From an uncultured Nitrospiraceae bacterium (GTDB lineage: Bacteria > Nitrospirota > Nitrospiria > Nitrospirales > Nitrospiraceae): a DNA stretch of 64,000 nucleotides. Shown here in pieces: positions 29,400-39,159 of this stretch; position 1 is the first letter of the stretch, and every line of letters begins with the position of its first letter. The stretch spans positions 960,001 through 1,024,000 of the forward strand of contig CAWJWJ010000002.1 of NCBI GenBank assembly GCA_963846575.1, given 5' to 3'. The position numbers and the translations under genes were made by a program. Under the pieces are notes generated by a model. The model was not told the origin of the DNA and made no database searches. It saw nothing but the letters and a program-made list of their open reading frames with translations.

Positions 29400-31316
29400 T
29401 TACCCTTGCGGGTGATTGGTTGGGCGGATGTATTGCGCTAATCGCCGATGGACGATTCCTTCATCCAGCGTGGGATAGTGGCCTTTCAGCGCTTGTCTGC
29501 CGGTCGTCGCGGTGAGGTGATCCCGGTGATGCCGGAGTTCGTCGAGCCGTTGTTCAACACGCTGTTTCGCAGATGTGCAGAATGCATCCGTCAGCTCCCA
29601 CACCGCCCTGCGCCCCTCAGTTCTTGTCTGTCGTTCGGCGTACAGAACAGCGGCGAGCATGGCGAGCAAATCTTCGCCCACCGATTCGATCCGGTTTTGC
29701 AGGCCTTGTTCATCTTGAAAGGACGTCTGAAATCGTACCATCGCATAAAACGTTTCTCGCGCCAGGCGCCGGCTGGCACGTTCCACATACCGTGCCAGCG
29801 GCCGCACCTGGAGGTGGGTGAATTCCGGGCGATCCGGCAAGGGCCGCTTGCGCCATTGCCGCAGGTACCAGGGAAGATAGAAACGCGCCAGTTTCAAGAC
29901 CTGCCGGCTTTGATCGAGAATCGAAAGCCCATCGGCATACAGGCCTTTGGCACGTTCCAGATGGTGGCTCAGCCCCTCACGCACCACGAACGGCCGTAAG
30001 ATGTCTGTTGCCCCCTCGCCGATTCGATACATCTCGGCATCCCGCACGAGTTGTTCGATGCCGAAGGCCGGTTCGCCGCGTGCGCTTTTGGATTCGGCCG
30101 TTTCGTACCCCATGCCTCCGAACAGAATCTGGGCATCTTTGAGAAATTGAATTGTCCGTTCGGAACAGAAGATCTTGGCGACGGCGGCTTCGATGCGAAT
30201 GTCCTGGTGATGGTGATCCGCCAGTCGCCAGATGAGGAGCGATAGCGCCTCCATCGCGAAGAGATGACCTGCCATGTGGCCGATCCGGATCTGTTGAGTC
30301 TGGCGTTCTGCGAGAGGCTTCTGAAAGGTGACCCTGGTATTCGCCCGGTCCAGGGTCGGTTGCCAGGCTTGTTTGGCCATCCCGAGGCAAATGGCCGGGA
30401 TGCTGATGCCCCGGCCCACGTTCAGGATCGTCAAGGCATACTTCAATCCCTTTCCAATGTCGCCGATGACATTTTCCACCGGCACTTGCACATTCGTGAG
30501 AATAATGTGGGCGTTTTCGATGCCACGACAACCTGCAAACTGGCAGCGTTGGCCGATCCGCACACCCGGTGCGGACATATCCAGAATGAAGGCCGAGTGG
30601 ACTCGATCGTCCGCCGGTTCCCCATTCCGGACCGCAATCCATATGACTGTGCCGTTGTGCGTGACCCGCCGCGCCGGAACCCGGGCGATGAGTGTGGCGT
30701 ATCGGGCGATCGGACCATTCGTGCACCACAGTTTTTCGCCGTTCACCAGAAAATGGCTGCCGGTCGAATCCAGGACCGCTTCGGTCCGAACGTTGGCCGC
30801 ATCCGAGCCGGTCATCGGTTCGGTGAGAGCGAACGCCGAGATGGCCTCTTTGGCGACGAGCGGAAGGTATTTCTTTTTTTGATCTTCGGTGCCGAACAGG
30901 AGGATCGGCATGCCGATGCCGATGGACTGCGGAACCGCCACGGTCAGCGCGAGGATGTTGCTCCAGCTCGCCATCATCGTCAGGACACGACCATAGTTCG
31001 TGTAGGAAAAGCCGAGGCCGCCGTACTCTTTCGGAATCTTCATCGCCAAGGCTCCGAGCGCGAACAGGCCGCGGATGACGCGTTCGGGAATGTGTGCCTC
31101 ACGTTCGATTTGCCCGGGGTCCACCTCGCGAATCAGGAAGGCCTCGACGCGTTTGCAGTAGGCGTCTCCGACGGCTTTCTCTTCCGGTGGTTCAGGAGGA
31201 GGGCACAGGAGAGTGAAGTCCGGCCGGCCGTCGTAGAGGCTTGCCATGAAACTGATCCCGGCAATGCGCTCCCGGGCTTCTTCGATCCGTTCGAATCCTT
31301 TGAAGAGGCTGCTCAT
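29400..31316 (-). CDS. Acyl-CoA dehydrogenase (long FadE/VLCAD-like)
   Basis: AFALTEPMTGSDA, NGEKLWCTNG, FGGMGY, YRIGEGA; C-terminal extension. Confidence 0.93.
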   Translation of the reverse strand: MSSLFKGFERIEEARERIAGISFMASLYDGRPDFTLLCPPPEPPEEKAVGDAYCKRVEAFLIREVDPGQIEREAHIPERVIRGLFALGALAMKIPKEYGGLGFSYTNYGRVLTMMASWSNILALTVAVPQSIGIGMPILLFGTEDQKKKYLPLVAKEAISAFALTEPMTGSDAANVRTEAVLDSTGSHFLVNGEKLWCTNGPIARYATLIARVPARRVTHNGTVIWIAVRNGEPADDRVHSAFILDMSAPGVRIGQRCQFAGCRGIENAHIILTNVQVPVENVIGDIGKGLKYALTILNVGRGISIPAICLGMAKQAWQPTLDRANTRVTFQKPLAERQTQQIRIGHMAGHLFAMEALSLLIWRLADHHHQDIRIEAAVAKIFCSERTIQFLKDAQILFGGMGYETAESKSARGEPAFGIEQLVRDAEMYRIGEGATDILRPFVVREGLSHHLERAKGLYADGLSILDQSRQVLKLARFYLPWYLRQWRKRPLPDRPEFTHLQVRPLARYVERASRRLARETFYAMVRFQTSFQDEQGLQNRIESVGEDLLAMLAAVLYAERQTRTEGRRAVWELTDAFCTSAKQRVEQRLDELRHHRDHLTATTGRQALKGHYPTLDEGIVHRRLAQYIRPTNHPQG

Positions 31317-31336
31317 CTCCTGCCTCCTTCGAGTGA

Positions 31337-33058
31337 TCACCGGTGTTCCTTGAATTGCGTGTCACGATAGGCCATCAGCCTGCCCGCCAGTCGGGCCTTC
31401 AGTTCCAGCCGTTTCGGCTTGCCGGTGGAGGTGTAGGGTGCGTCAGTGCCCATCAACAGGACCTTCGGTTGTTTCGAAAACGGGAGGCGCTCTCGGCAAT
31501 AGGACAGGAGATCCGTTTCCCTCGGGGGCGAGACCGGATCTTTCGGGACGACATAGGCGGCGATTTCTTCACCGTAATACCGGTTCTCGAAGGGCAGGGC
31601 CATGGCGAATCGTACGGCGGGATGACTCTTCAACACGTCGTCGATCTCCAGGGGGGAAATATTGACCCCGCCGCGAATGATGAGTTCTTTGAGGCGTCCT
31701 GAAATGAAAAAGTATGGCCGTCCCTGATCGTCGGCTATATAAAATCCCTCATCCCCGGATCGGAACCATCCCCACTGAAAGGCCGCGTCGTTGGCATCGT
31801 CACGGTTGAAGTATCCGGCGCAGACCGTCCGGCCACGGATGCAGATCTCCCCCCGGCCGTACTCGGGCACCGGCCTGCCGTCCCCGTCGAGAATGGTCAT
31901 CACGTTGTGGCGCAACGCCACCCCGATCGAAGGGAAATCAAGCTCTGCCAGCCATCGACGATGTTGCGCGTGCGTCAGATCGTTGGGTAGGAAGCAGGAA
32001 TAACAGGTGGTTTCCGAGAGCCCATAGCCGTGGCGGATCGGAAAACCGAAACGATCCTCGAAGCGGAGGGCCGTATCTTTCAGGAGCGGCCCCGCGCCGC
32101 ACATCACCCCCCCGAAGCGATCAAGGCGATAGCCCGTCAGGTCTTCGTCGGCATCCAGGAGAAATTCGAGCAAGGTGGGGACCACGCTCGCGATCGTGAT
32201 CTGCTCTTCGTGGAGCCGCCGCCAGAAACTCGCGGTCTTGAACTTCCGATTCAATAACACGCTTCCCTTGCAGTAGAAGGGGGTCACCAGTGTGACCACG
32301 ATTCCATTGACATGGTGAATCGGCAACACGCACATGGCGCGATCGCTGGTTCCGAACCCATGCCAGTCCGAGATGGCATCCGCATCGATCAGAAGGTTGG
32401 CCGTGGTCAGGATCACGCCTTTGGGCGGACCGGTCGTCCCCGATGTGTAAATGATCAATGCCTGGTCCTCGAGCCGCGACGACGAGAATGAGGGATGCGC
32501 GGGGAGGGGATCGCCGGTCCGTCGGGCGGCGGCCGGCAGCCCGCGACCGGTGAGCAGGCCCCGGTCGTCCAGCGCGACCACGTCACATAATCCGGGCAGG
32601 TCCCGCTGAAGGTCTTTGATTTCCTCATAGGCGTCCTGCCAACAGACCGCCGCGGACACGCCTGAATGTTCGAGGATAAAGCGTTTCCGCTCAGGCGGTT
32701 CTTCGATGTTGATCGGCACGACGGCGAGTCCCAATGTCCAGGCGGCGAAGTAGATCAGCACGGTCAGATCGTGGTTGAAGAGCACGGTCGCGATCCGGTC
32801 GCCACGGGACAACCGCAGATCGGTATGAAGCTGACCGGCCAACCGTTCGACGAGCGTCCCGAATTCCGCATACGTATAGGTGCGGCGCAGGTGGCGTTCC
32901 TCATCACAGTAGGTGAGGAAATTCCTGGTGGCCAGCTGGGGGTCATATACGCGAGATCGAAAGAACTCGGCGAACGAGGTCCACGACAGTTCAGGAGCTC
33001 GTCCTGATGCGCACCGGGCCTGCGCGATCCGGTCATGTACGTCGGTGGAGAGGTTCAT
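31337..33058 (-). CDS. AMP-forming acyl-CoA synthetase
   Basis: IYTSGTTGPPKG, GYGLSET, FRSGD, GRLKELIIRGGVNI, TSTGK. Confidence 0.93.
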   Translation of the reverse strand: MNLSTDVHDRIAQARCASGRAPELSWTSFAEFFRSRVYDPQLATRNFLTYCDEERHLRRTYTYAEFGTLVERLAGQLHTDLRLSRGDRIATVLFNHDLTVLIYFAAWTLGLAVVPINIEEPPERKRFILEHSGVSAAVCWQDAYEEIKDLQRDLPGLCDVVALDDRGLLTGRGLPAAARRTGDPLPAHPSFSSSRLEDQALIIYTSGTTGPPKGVILTTANLLIDADAISDWHGFGTSDRAMCVLPIHHVNGIVVTLVTPFYCKGSVLLNRKFKTASFWRRLHEEQITIASVVPTLLEFLLDADEDLTGYRLDRFGGVMCGAGPLLKDTALRFEDRFGFPIRHGYGLSETTCYSCFLPNDLTHAQHRRWLAELDFPSIGVALRHNVMTILDGDGRPVPEYGRGEICIRGRTVCAGYFNRDDANDAAFQWGWFRSGDEGFYIADDQGRPYFFISGRLKELIIRGGVNISPLEIDDVLKSHPAVRFAMALPFENRYYGEEIAAYVVPKDPVSPPRETDLLSYCRERLPFSKQPKVLLMGTDAPYTSTGKPKRLELKARLAGRLMAYRDTQFKEHR

Positions 33059-34211
33059 AGGTCCTCGGCGGTGGTCCCGTGTAAAGGGCTCGCGGCCTGA
33101 TCAGCCGGTTGTGATCCTGTTGCTCCATGACGTGCGCGCACCACCCGGCAATCCGTGAACAGACGAACAACGGGGTGGAGAGTTCACGCGGGATGCCCAT
33201 GAGCAGGTAGGCGACGGCGGTATAGAAATCGAGATTGGGATGGAGTCCCTTCTCCTGGTGCATCACGCGATGAACGGTGGAGGCCATCTCGTACCAGGTG
33301 GGGTCGCCGCAGAGGCGGCTGAGCCGTTCGGCGTGGCGCTGAATGATCGCCGATCGTGCGTCGCCGTGCCGGAGCACGCGATGTCCGAAGCCCATCACCC
33401 GTCGGTTCTTCGCGAGCGCCTCTCGCACCCAGGTTTCCGCGCGGTCCGGTCGGCCGATTTCGAGGAGCATCGCGGCGACCGCCTCATTCGCACCGCCGTG
33501 GAGCGGGCCTTTTAATGTCGCCACCGCCGCCGTCATGGCTCCATGGAGGTCGGACAGGGTTGAGGCGGTGACGCGGGCCGCGAACGTGGAGGCATTGAAC
33601 TCATGTTCCGCATATAAAATCAGGGAGACATTCAACGCCCGGGTCATGGCCAGGCCGGTTTCGCCTTCTTTCGGCCCGGCCATCAGGTGCAGTACGTGTT
33701 GCGCAAAAGATGTGCTCTGGTCCGGTTTCCTCGGGAATCTGCCCGCCATGACGCGATAACTTCCGGCAATCAGCAGGGGTATCTGACTCAGCAGACGTAT
33801 GGATTTGCGGAGCGTGGCCTCATGCGATCCATCCTGCGCCTCCGGGTCGCTCAGCCCCAGTAATGAAATGCCGGTGCGTAGGACATCCATCGGATGCAGG
33901 CCTGCCCGCAAGCGATCTATGAATCGTTCCACCGGATCGGGCAGGCCGCGCTGCAGGATCACGCGCGTCGTAAAATCATCCAACTCGGCCTGCGAAGGAA
34001 GATGGCCGACCAGGAGCAGGTAGGCCACCTCCTCGAAGCTGCTCCATTCCGCCAGATCCCCGATCGCATAACCTCGGTAACGGAGTCCGGCCTCGCCTTC
34101 GTCTACCTGACAAAGGGCCGACTCACCCGCAATCACGCCCTCCAGTCCCGGACTGTAAGCACCCTGCTCCGCCGTTCTACCCGCCGGCTGTTCTTGTGTC
34201 GCCTGGTTCAT
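33033..34211 (-). CDS. prpC: 2-methylcitrate synthase
   Basis: PGLEGV, AEHEFNAST, GPLHGGANE, GFGHRV, PNLDF; adjacent to prpB and prpD. Confidence 0.88.
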   Translation of the reverse strand: MNQATQEQPAGRTAEQGAYSPGLEGVIAGESALCQVDEGEAGLRYRGYAIGDLAEWSSFEEVAYLLLVGHLPSQAELDDFTTRVILQRGLPDPVERFIDRLRAGLHPMDVLRTGISLLGLSDPEAQDGSHEATLRKSIRLLSQIPLLIAGSYRVMAGRFPRKPDQSTSFAQHVLHLMAGPKEGETGLAMTRALNVSLILYAEHEFNASTFAARVTASTLSDLHGAMTAAVATLKGPLHGGANEAVAAMLLEIGRPDRAETWVREALAKNRRVMGFGHRVLRHGDARSAIIQRHAERLSRLCGDPTWYEMASTVHRVMHQEKGLHPNLDFYTAVAYLLMGIPRELSTPLFVCSRIAGWCAHVMEQQDHNRLIRPRALYTGPPPRTYEPLHRRT

Positions 34212-35097
34212 GGGGCCTCCGTGCCTCTGCCTCATCGGTGTCATAGCGAAGTACTTCGTAGAGCTCCTGCCGTGTCATCATGTGATCGAGCCAGTCGCGC
34301 TGCGAACTGAAAAACTTGATTTCCACCAGCAGTTTTTCGACGGCTCTGGCCGCGACCCGCAATGTGCTGACGGGAAACAGCACGCCGTGGTAGCCCAGGG
34401 CCTCAAACTCGCCGACGCTGAGATAGGGTGTCCTGCCGAATTCCGTCATGTTGGCAATCAGCGGCAGGTGGACGCCTCCTTTTTTCAACTCGACGGCAAA
34501 GGTCTCGAACTCCTCGGCAGAGGGTAACGCTTCGGGAAACAGGGCGTCCGCTCCGGCCTGGGCGTAAGCTCGCGCCCGCTGAATCGCGGCATCCAGCCCG
34601 TCGACGGCCCGGGCGTCCGTACGAGCCACGATCATGAAATCCTGGTTCTGTCGGGCCTGAACGGCGGCCTTGATCTTCGTCACCATGTCGAACACCGGTA
34701 TCACCCGTTTGCCAGAGAGATGGCCGCATTTCTTTGCCAGCTCCTGGTCCTCGATCTGCATGCCGGCCAGGCCGGCCCGCTCGAACACCCGGACCGCCTC
34801 CGTCACGACCGGCGGAGGGCCATATCCGGTATCCGCATCGACGATGGCCGGGATCGTCACCGAGCGGGCGATGGTCGCGGCTTCCCTCGCCATTTCTTCC
34901 AATGTCATCACGCCGGTGTCGGGCAGCCCCCGGCCCGCTGAGATGGCCGCGCCCGACACATACACGATCTCATAGCCGGCCCGTTCGATTTGCATGGCGG
35001 TGAGCGCATTGAACGCACCGGGGATGGCATGGGCACCAGTCGCCAGTAGCTCACGCAAGCGGCGGGCTTGTGATGTCGGAGCGTGATCAGGTGTCAC
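34177..35097 (-). CDS. prpB: Methylisocitrate lyase
   Basis: DADTGYG, IEDQ..KKCGH, ARTDA, ANMTEFG. Confidence 0.93.
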   Translation of the reverse strand: MTPDHAPTSQARRLRELLATGAHAIPGAFNALTAMQIERAGYEIVYVSGAAISAGRGLPDTGVMTLEEMAREAATIARSVTIPAIVDADTGYGPPPVVTEAVRVFERAGLAGMQIEDQELAKKCGHLSGKRVIPVFDMVTKIKAAVQARQNQDFMIVARTDARAVDGLDAAIQRARAYAQAGADALFPEALPSAEEFETFAVELKKGGVHLPLIANMTEFGRTPYLSVGEFEALGYHGVLFPVSTLRVAARAVEKLLVEIKFFSSQRDWLDHMMTRQELYEVLRYDTDEAEARRPHEPGDTRTAGG

Positions 35098-36505
35098 GGT
35101 GCTTCACCTTGAGAAGCGGCATCAGTGTGGCGATGTCCTTTTCCCGTTCCAACTGCCAGATGCACTCGACGAGCCGATCAAACCGTGCGCTTCCGACGCG
35201 TCTCGATGCGAGTCTGCGCGCTTTCTCCTCCACATCCGAATCCGACATGGGATGGTCCGGATGCCCCACCGGCAGGTCGACTTGCCTCGTATAGATCTGT
35301 CCCCCGTTGGTTCTGATCGTGATACGGGTCGGCATCGTTGCCGGGTAGCAACGGGTGAATTCGGGCTGAGTCACGACGCGGGTCTTCTTCATCAACTCGC
35401 GCAAGGCCGGGTCTCCGAGCCGCTTCGTATCGAATGAGTGCGAGGTCACGCGTCCGTCCAGAAGTGCCGCCGCGATACAGTAGGGGAGACTGTGATCGGC
35501 GGTTTCCCTTGTGGTGGGCTGCCACTTCTCCGCATCGCGTCCGATGATCTCGATGGCCACGTCGTAACTGCCCACTTCAATGTCGGTCAGCCCTTCGATG
35601 GCATGAGCGCCTTCGGCCTCGATCAACAGCGCTCTGAGGGCCAGTGCCGCTTCGACGGCCGTTTGCGCGTGGTACTCCACCGGAAAATGCTTGATGTAGG
35701 TATCGAGTATCCTGAACGGCGCCGGCCTGTCGCCGGGCGCTCGTTCTCCTCCGAGCCTGGAGACCTCGAACGGTCCGGAAACCAGTTTCATGAAGCCCTT
35801 GTCCCCTTCGAAGATCGGCGCCGGCCCAGTCATGCCCCGCTGGGCCAGCAGCGCGGCGAACACGCCGTTACGGGCCGCATTGGAAAAAGCGCAGGCTTTC
35901 CACATGGACATGTCGCCCACCCGGGTCTGCCGGAGTGCCACGTTGGCCACAGCGGCCAGATTGACGGCTTGAATGGTTTGTCCTTCCGTCAATTTCATCG
36001 TCTTGGCCGCTCCGAGCGTGGACGAGATCGATCCATAGGTCACATGGTCCCAGCCGCGCGGCCTCAAGGCAGCGGCATCACAGAGCCGGCAATGGATTTC
36101 ATAGGCCAGGGCAATGGCCTGGATGACTCGTTTGCCGGATGCATGGGCACATTCGCCGGCTGCGAGGATGGCCGCAAGATTGTCCGAGGGATGGGCCGGC
36201 TCCTTGGAGAGATAGGTGTCGTTGAAGTCGAGGTAACGAACCATCGCGCCATTGGCAAAGGTCGCGAGATCCGGAAGGGTCCTGTGTGACGCTCCCCAGA
36301 CTGTGGCTCCGCCGGAAACCTTCACCGACTGCGCGACCTGCCGCGCGATCCGGCAGGGAGCGGCGGCCCAGGCGCCGAACGCGCAGCCCAGGCTGTCGAG
36401 GATCCGTCGCTTGACCTCGTGCACCACTTCGCCGGGGAGATCGTCATAACACAGCGTCTGGGTATAACCTGCGAGGTGATTGGCCAACATGCTGGCACCC
36501 GGCAT
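35087..36505 (-). CDS. prpD: 2-methylcitrate dehydratase (MmgE/PrpD)
   Basis: RYLDFNDTY..EPAHPSD, MWKACA, ETADHSLPY, GHP. Confidence 0.92.
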   Translation of the reverse strand: MPGASMLANHLAGYTQTLCYDDLPGEVVHEVKRRILDSLGCAFGAWAAAPCRIARQVAQSVKVSGGATVWGASHRTLPDLATFANGAMVRYLDFNDTYLSKEPAHPSDNLAAILAAGECAHASGKRVIQAIALAYEIHCRLCDAAALRPRGWDHVTYGSISSTLGAAKTMKLTEGQTIQAVNLAAVANVALRQTRVGDMSMWKACAFSNAARNGVFAALLAQRGMTGPAPIFEGDKGFMKLVSGPFEVSRLGGERAPGDRPAPFRILDTYIKHFPVEYHAQTAVEAALALRALLIEAEGAHAIEGLTDIEVGSYDVAIEIIGRDAEKWQPTTRETADHSLPYCIAAALLDGRVTSHSFDTKRLGDPALRELMKKTRVVTQPEFTRCYPATMPTRITIRTNGGQIYTRQVDLPVGHPDHPMSDSDVEEKARRLASRRVGSARFDRLVECIWQLEREKDIATLMPLLKVKHRDT

Positions 36506-36580
36506 GATGTTACGCCTCCGCCGGACTCGGCTCGATCGTTGCCGGTCGAGGTCTGCCCGGTCTGCATTCTCCGCGTCCGG

Positions 36581-37366
36581 TCACCCGTGCCGTTCGCTCG
36601 ATGCAGGCGCGAGATCCTGCACCCGTTGTCGTTCGGCAATGGCCGAAATCAGTTCGGGAATCCCTTCGCCCGTCAACGCGACGGTACGCAGCACGTGGGG
36701 GCACCACTCAGCTAGATCCCCGATCGCCGCATCGGCGCCTTCGCGGTCGGCCTTATTGACGACCACGATATCCGCGACTTCCAACAAGCCGGCCTTCATG
36801 GCCTGTACGCCGTCTCCGAGCCCCGGCGCCACCACGGCCACGACGGTTTGCGCCACCTGCGAGACCTCGATTTCGGTCTGGCCGACGCCCACCGTTTCGA
36901 TGAGGACCGCCTCATACCCGGCCGTTTCCAGCACCTGCGCCGCCTCCCGCGTGGCAGGGGCGAGGCCTCCTTGCTGGCCGCGTGTCGCCATGCTTCGGAT
37001 GTAGACTCCCCGATCCTCTGCATGGTGCTGCATTCTGATCCGGTCTCCCAATAGGGCTCCGCCGGTCACGGGGCTGCTGATATCGACCGCCAGGACTCCG
37101 ACCTTGAGCCCCAGTTGGCGATAGGCACGGATGAGCTGATCGATGAGTGTGCTCTTGCCGGTGCCCGGATACCCCGTGATGCCGACGACCATGGCATGTT
37201 TCCGTGGAGCGCCGAGCTGAGCCAGCACCGCGGTCCCCCGGGGATCCTCGTTTTCGAGCAGGGTGAGGATGCGCGAAACGGTCCGGACGTCGCCGGCCGT
37301 CACCTGTTCCGCCAGGATCTGGCTCTGTTCCTGATCGCTCAGTCTGTCGACGTACCCCTGGGCCAT
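36581..37366 (-). CDS. meaB: MeaB/ArgK GTPase chaperone of a B12 mutase
   Basis: GITGYPGTGKST, GGALLGDRIRM, IETVGVGQ, VNKAD. Confidence 0.92.
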   Translation of the reverse strand: MAQGYVDRLSDQEQSQILAEQVTAGDVRTVSRILTLLENEDPRGTAVLAQLGAPRKHAMVVGITGYPGTGKSTLIDQLIRAYRQLGLKVGVLAVDISSPVTGGALLGDRIRMQHHAEDRGVYIRSMATRGQQGGLAPATREAAQVLETAGYEAVLIETVGVGQTEIEVSQVAQTVVAVVAPGLGDGVQAMKAGLLEVADIVVVNKADREGADAAIGDLAEWCPHVLRTVALTGEGIPELISAIAERQRVQDLAPASSERHG

Positions 37367-37376
37367 GTGAATCCCT

Positions 37377-38315
37377 TCAGACGGTGTGCGGCGCCGAAAG
37401 GTCAAGCAGCTTCGAGAGTCTGGAAGTCACGTGTTGCCGCACCGTGCCGACAATCTGCTGGAGTGCGGAGACGATGCTGTGTTCATCAATCGCCACCACG
37501 GCGCCCGACGCCTTGAGCGCGAACACCAGATCCTCCGTGGCGAGGTTTCCCGATGCGCCGGGCGCGAAGGGGCAGCCTCCGAGGCCTCCCGCCGCAGAGT
37601 CGAAGGCGGCGATGCCGTAGTCCCACCAGGCCGTCAGGGCATTAGCAATGGCCATGCCGTACGTGTCGTGCAGATGGAGCGACAGACGGGCCGGCTCGAT
37701 GTGCGGCATGACTCGATCCAGCAAAGATCGGATGTCGGAAGGGGAGGCTTTGCCGATCGTGTCACCCATCGAAATGTCGTCCACGCCCAGGTCGAGAAGA
37801 CGCTTCATCACATCCATGACGGCCAAAGGTGCGATACGGCCTTCGTAGGGACAGAAGACCGCCGTGGAGATATAGCCACGCACCAGCATCCCGTCCCGTT
37901 TGGCTGCCTTGACGATCGGTCTGAAGCGGGTGAGGCTCTCCTCCACCGTGGCCTTGATGTTCCGGCGCGTGAATGTTTCCGAGGCGGCGGTAAAGACGGC
38001 GATCTTCTGAGCGGCTGCGGCCCGCGCCCGCTCGAATCCCCGCTCATTCGGCACGAGAGCGGAATAGATCACGCCCGGCGTCCGCTCGATGGCGCGGAAG
38101 ACCTCATCGGCATCCGCCAGTTGCGGGACGGCGGACGGCGAGACGAATGAACCTGCCTCGATCTCTGCGACGCCGGTGCGGGAGAGGGCATTGATAAAGG
38201 CAATCTTGCTCGACGTGGGGACGAAGTCCGGTTCGTGCTGCAATCCGTCTCGCGGCGCGACCTCCGTGATCCGGATCGGTGACCGGGGAGAATTATGTGC
38301 GCTTCGCTCCAACAT
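37377..38315 (-). CDS. Hydroxymethylglutaryl-CoA lyase (LiuE-like)
   Basis: EVAPRDGLQ, GDTIG, HLHDTYG, GGLGGCPFAPGASGN. Confidence 0.95.
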   Translation of the reverse strand: MLERSAHNSPRSPIRITEVAPRDGLQHEPDFVPTSSKIAFINALSRTGVAEIEAGSFVSPSAVPQLADADEVFRAIERTPGVIYSALVPNERGFERARAAAAQKIAVFTAASETFTRRNIKATVEESLTRFRPIVKAAKRDGMLVRGYISTAVFCPYEGRIAPLAVMDVMKRLLDLGVDDISMGDTIGKASPSDIRSLLDRVMPHIEPARLSLHLHDTYGMAIANALTAWWDYGIAAFDSAAGGLGGCPFAPGASGNLATEDLVFALKASGAVVAIDEHSIVSALQQIVGTVRQHVTSRLSKLLDLSAPHTV

Positions 38316-39141
38316 CGGCAGACCGTTGCTCCTGTGGCTTCATCCCTGGTTCCGGCGGCGTGGCCCATGAGGGTACCCGTTTCTCTACGAAGGCCAGGAG
38401 CCCTTCCCGGGCTTCGGGCGCAGAACGAGCGTCGGCGTTGGATGTGATGCACGCGGTCCGACGGTCCTCGTCGGACAGGCTCCGTATGCCGCGGAACAGG
38501 CTCTTACTGCCTCGTACGGCTTTGGGCGCAAGCCGAAGAAGTCCTTCGAGCAATTCGGCCACCCTGTCGTCCAGAGCCTCCGGTTGAACCACGTCGTGGG
38601 CGAGGCCGAATCGTTCCGCTGTCGAGGCAGTGAAGACGTCACCGCTCAGGGCGTAGCGTCTCAGAAATGATTCTCCGGCCTTGCGCAGCAGATAGGGGGC
38701 GATCACCGCCGGAATCAAACCGAGCCTGGCCTCGCTGAGCGAAAACGTGGCCGCTTCCGCCACCACCACCATATCGCAGGCCGCCAGGAGTCCGATCCCG
38801 CCGCCGAATGCCGGGCCCTGCACTCGAGCAATGACCGGACAGGGGCATTCGTCGATGGCGCGAAACATGAGGGCGAGCGCCCGGGCGTCCTTCATTGCCT
38901 GGCCGTCGGATGGAAGCGGAGCGGATTGCATCCACTGAATGTCGGCCCCGGCGCAAAAGACGGGGCCGGCAGCGGCGAGTACGATTCCCCTGAGCGACTG
39001 GTCCCGCGCGAATCCCTCGAAGACGTCGAGGAGCTCCGCGACCATCCGGCCATCGAGCGCATTCCGCCGTTCAGGCCGATTGAGGGCGACGCGGGCGAAG
39101 GGCCCCTGTGATGCAGTGGCAATGGTCAAGAACTTGCCCAT
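38293..39141 (-). CDS. Methylglutaconyl-CoA hydratase-like crotonase (LiuC-like)
   Basis: LNRPERRNA, FCAGADIQWM, AFGGGIG, SEARLGLIPAVIAPY; lies between the carboxyltransferase and HMG-CoA lyase genes. Confidence 0.88.
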   Translation of the reverse strand: MGKFLTIATASQGPFARVALNRPERRNALDGRMVAELLDVFEGFARDQSLRGIVLAAAGPVFCAGADIQWMQSAPLPSDGQAMKDARALALMFRAIDECPCPVIARVQGPAFGGGIGLLAACDMVVVAEAATFSLSEARLGLIPAVIAPYLLRKAGESFLRRYALSGDVFTASTAERFGLAHDVVQPEALDDRVAELLEGLLRLAPKAVRGSKSLFRGIRSLSDEDRRTACITSNADARSAPEAREGLLAFVEKRVPSWATPPEPGMKPQEQRSADVGAKRT

Positions 39142-39159
39142 TCGTTCCTCCGGTCGTCC

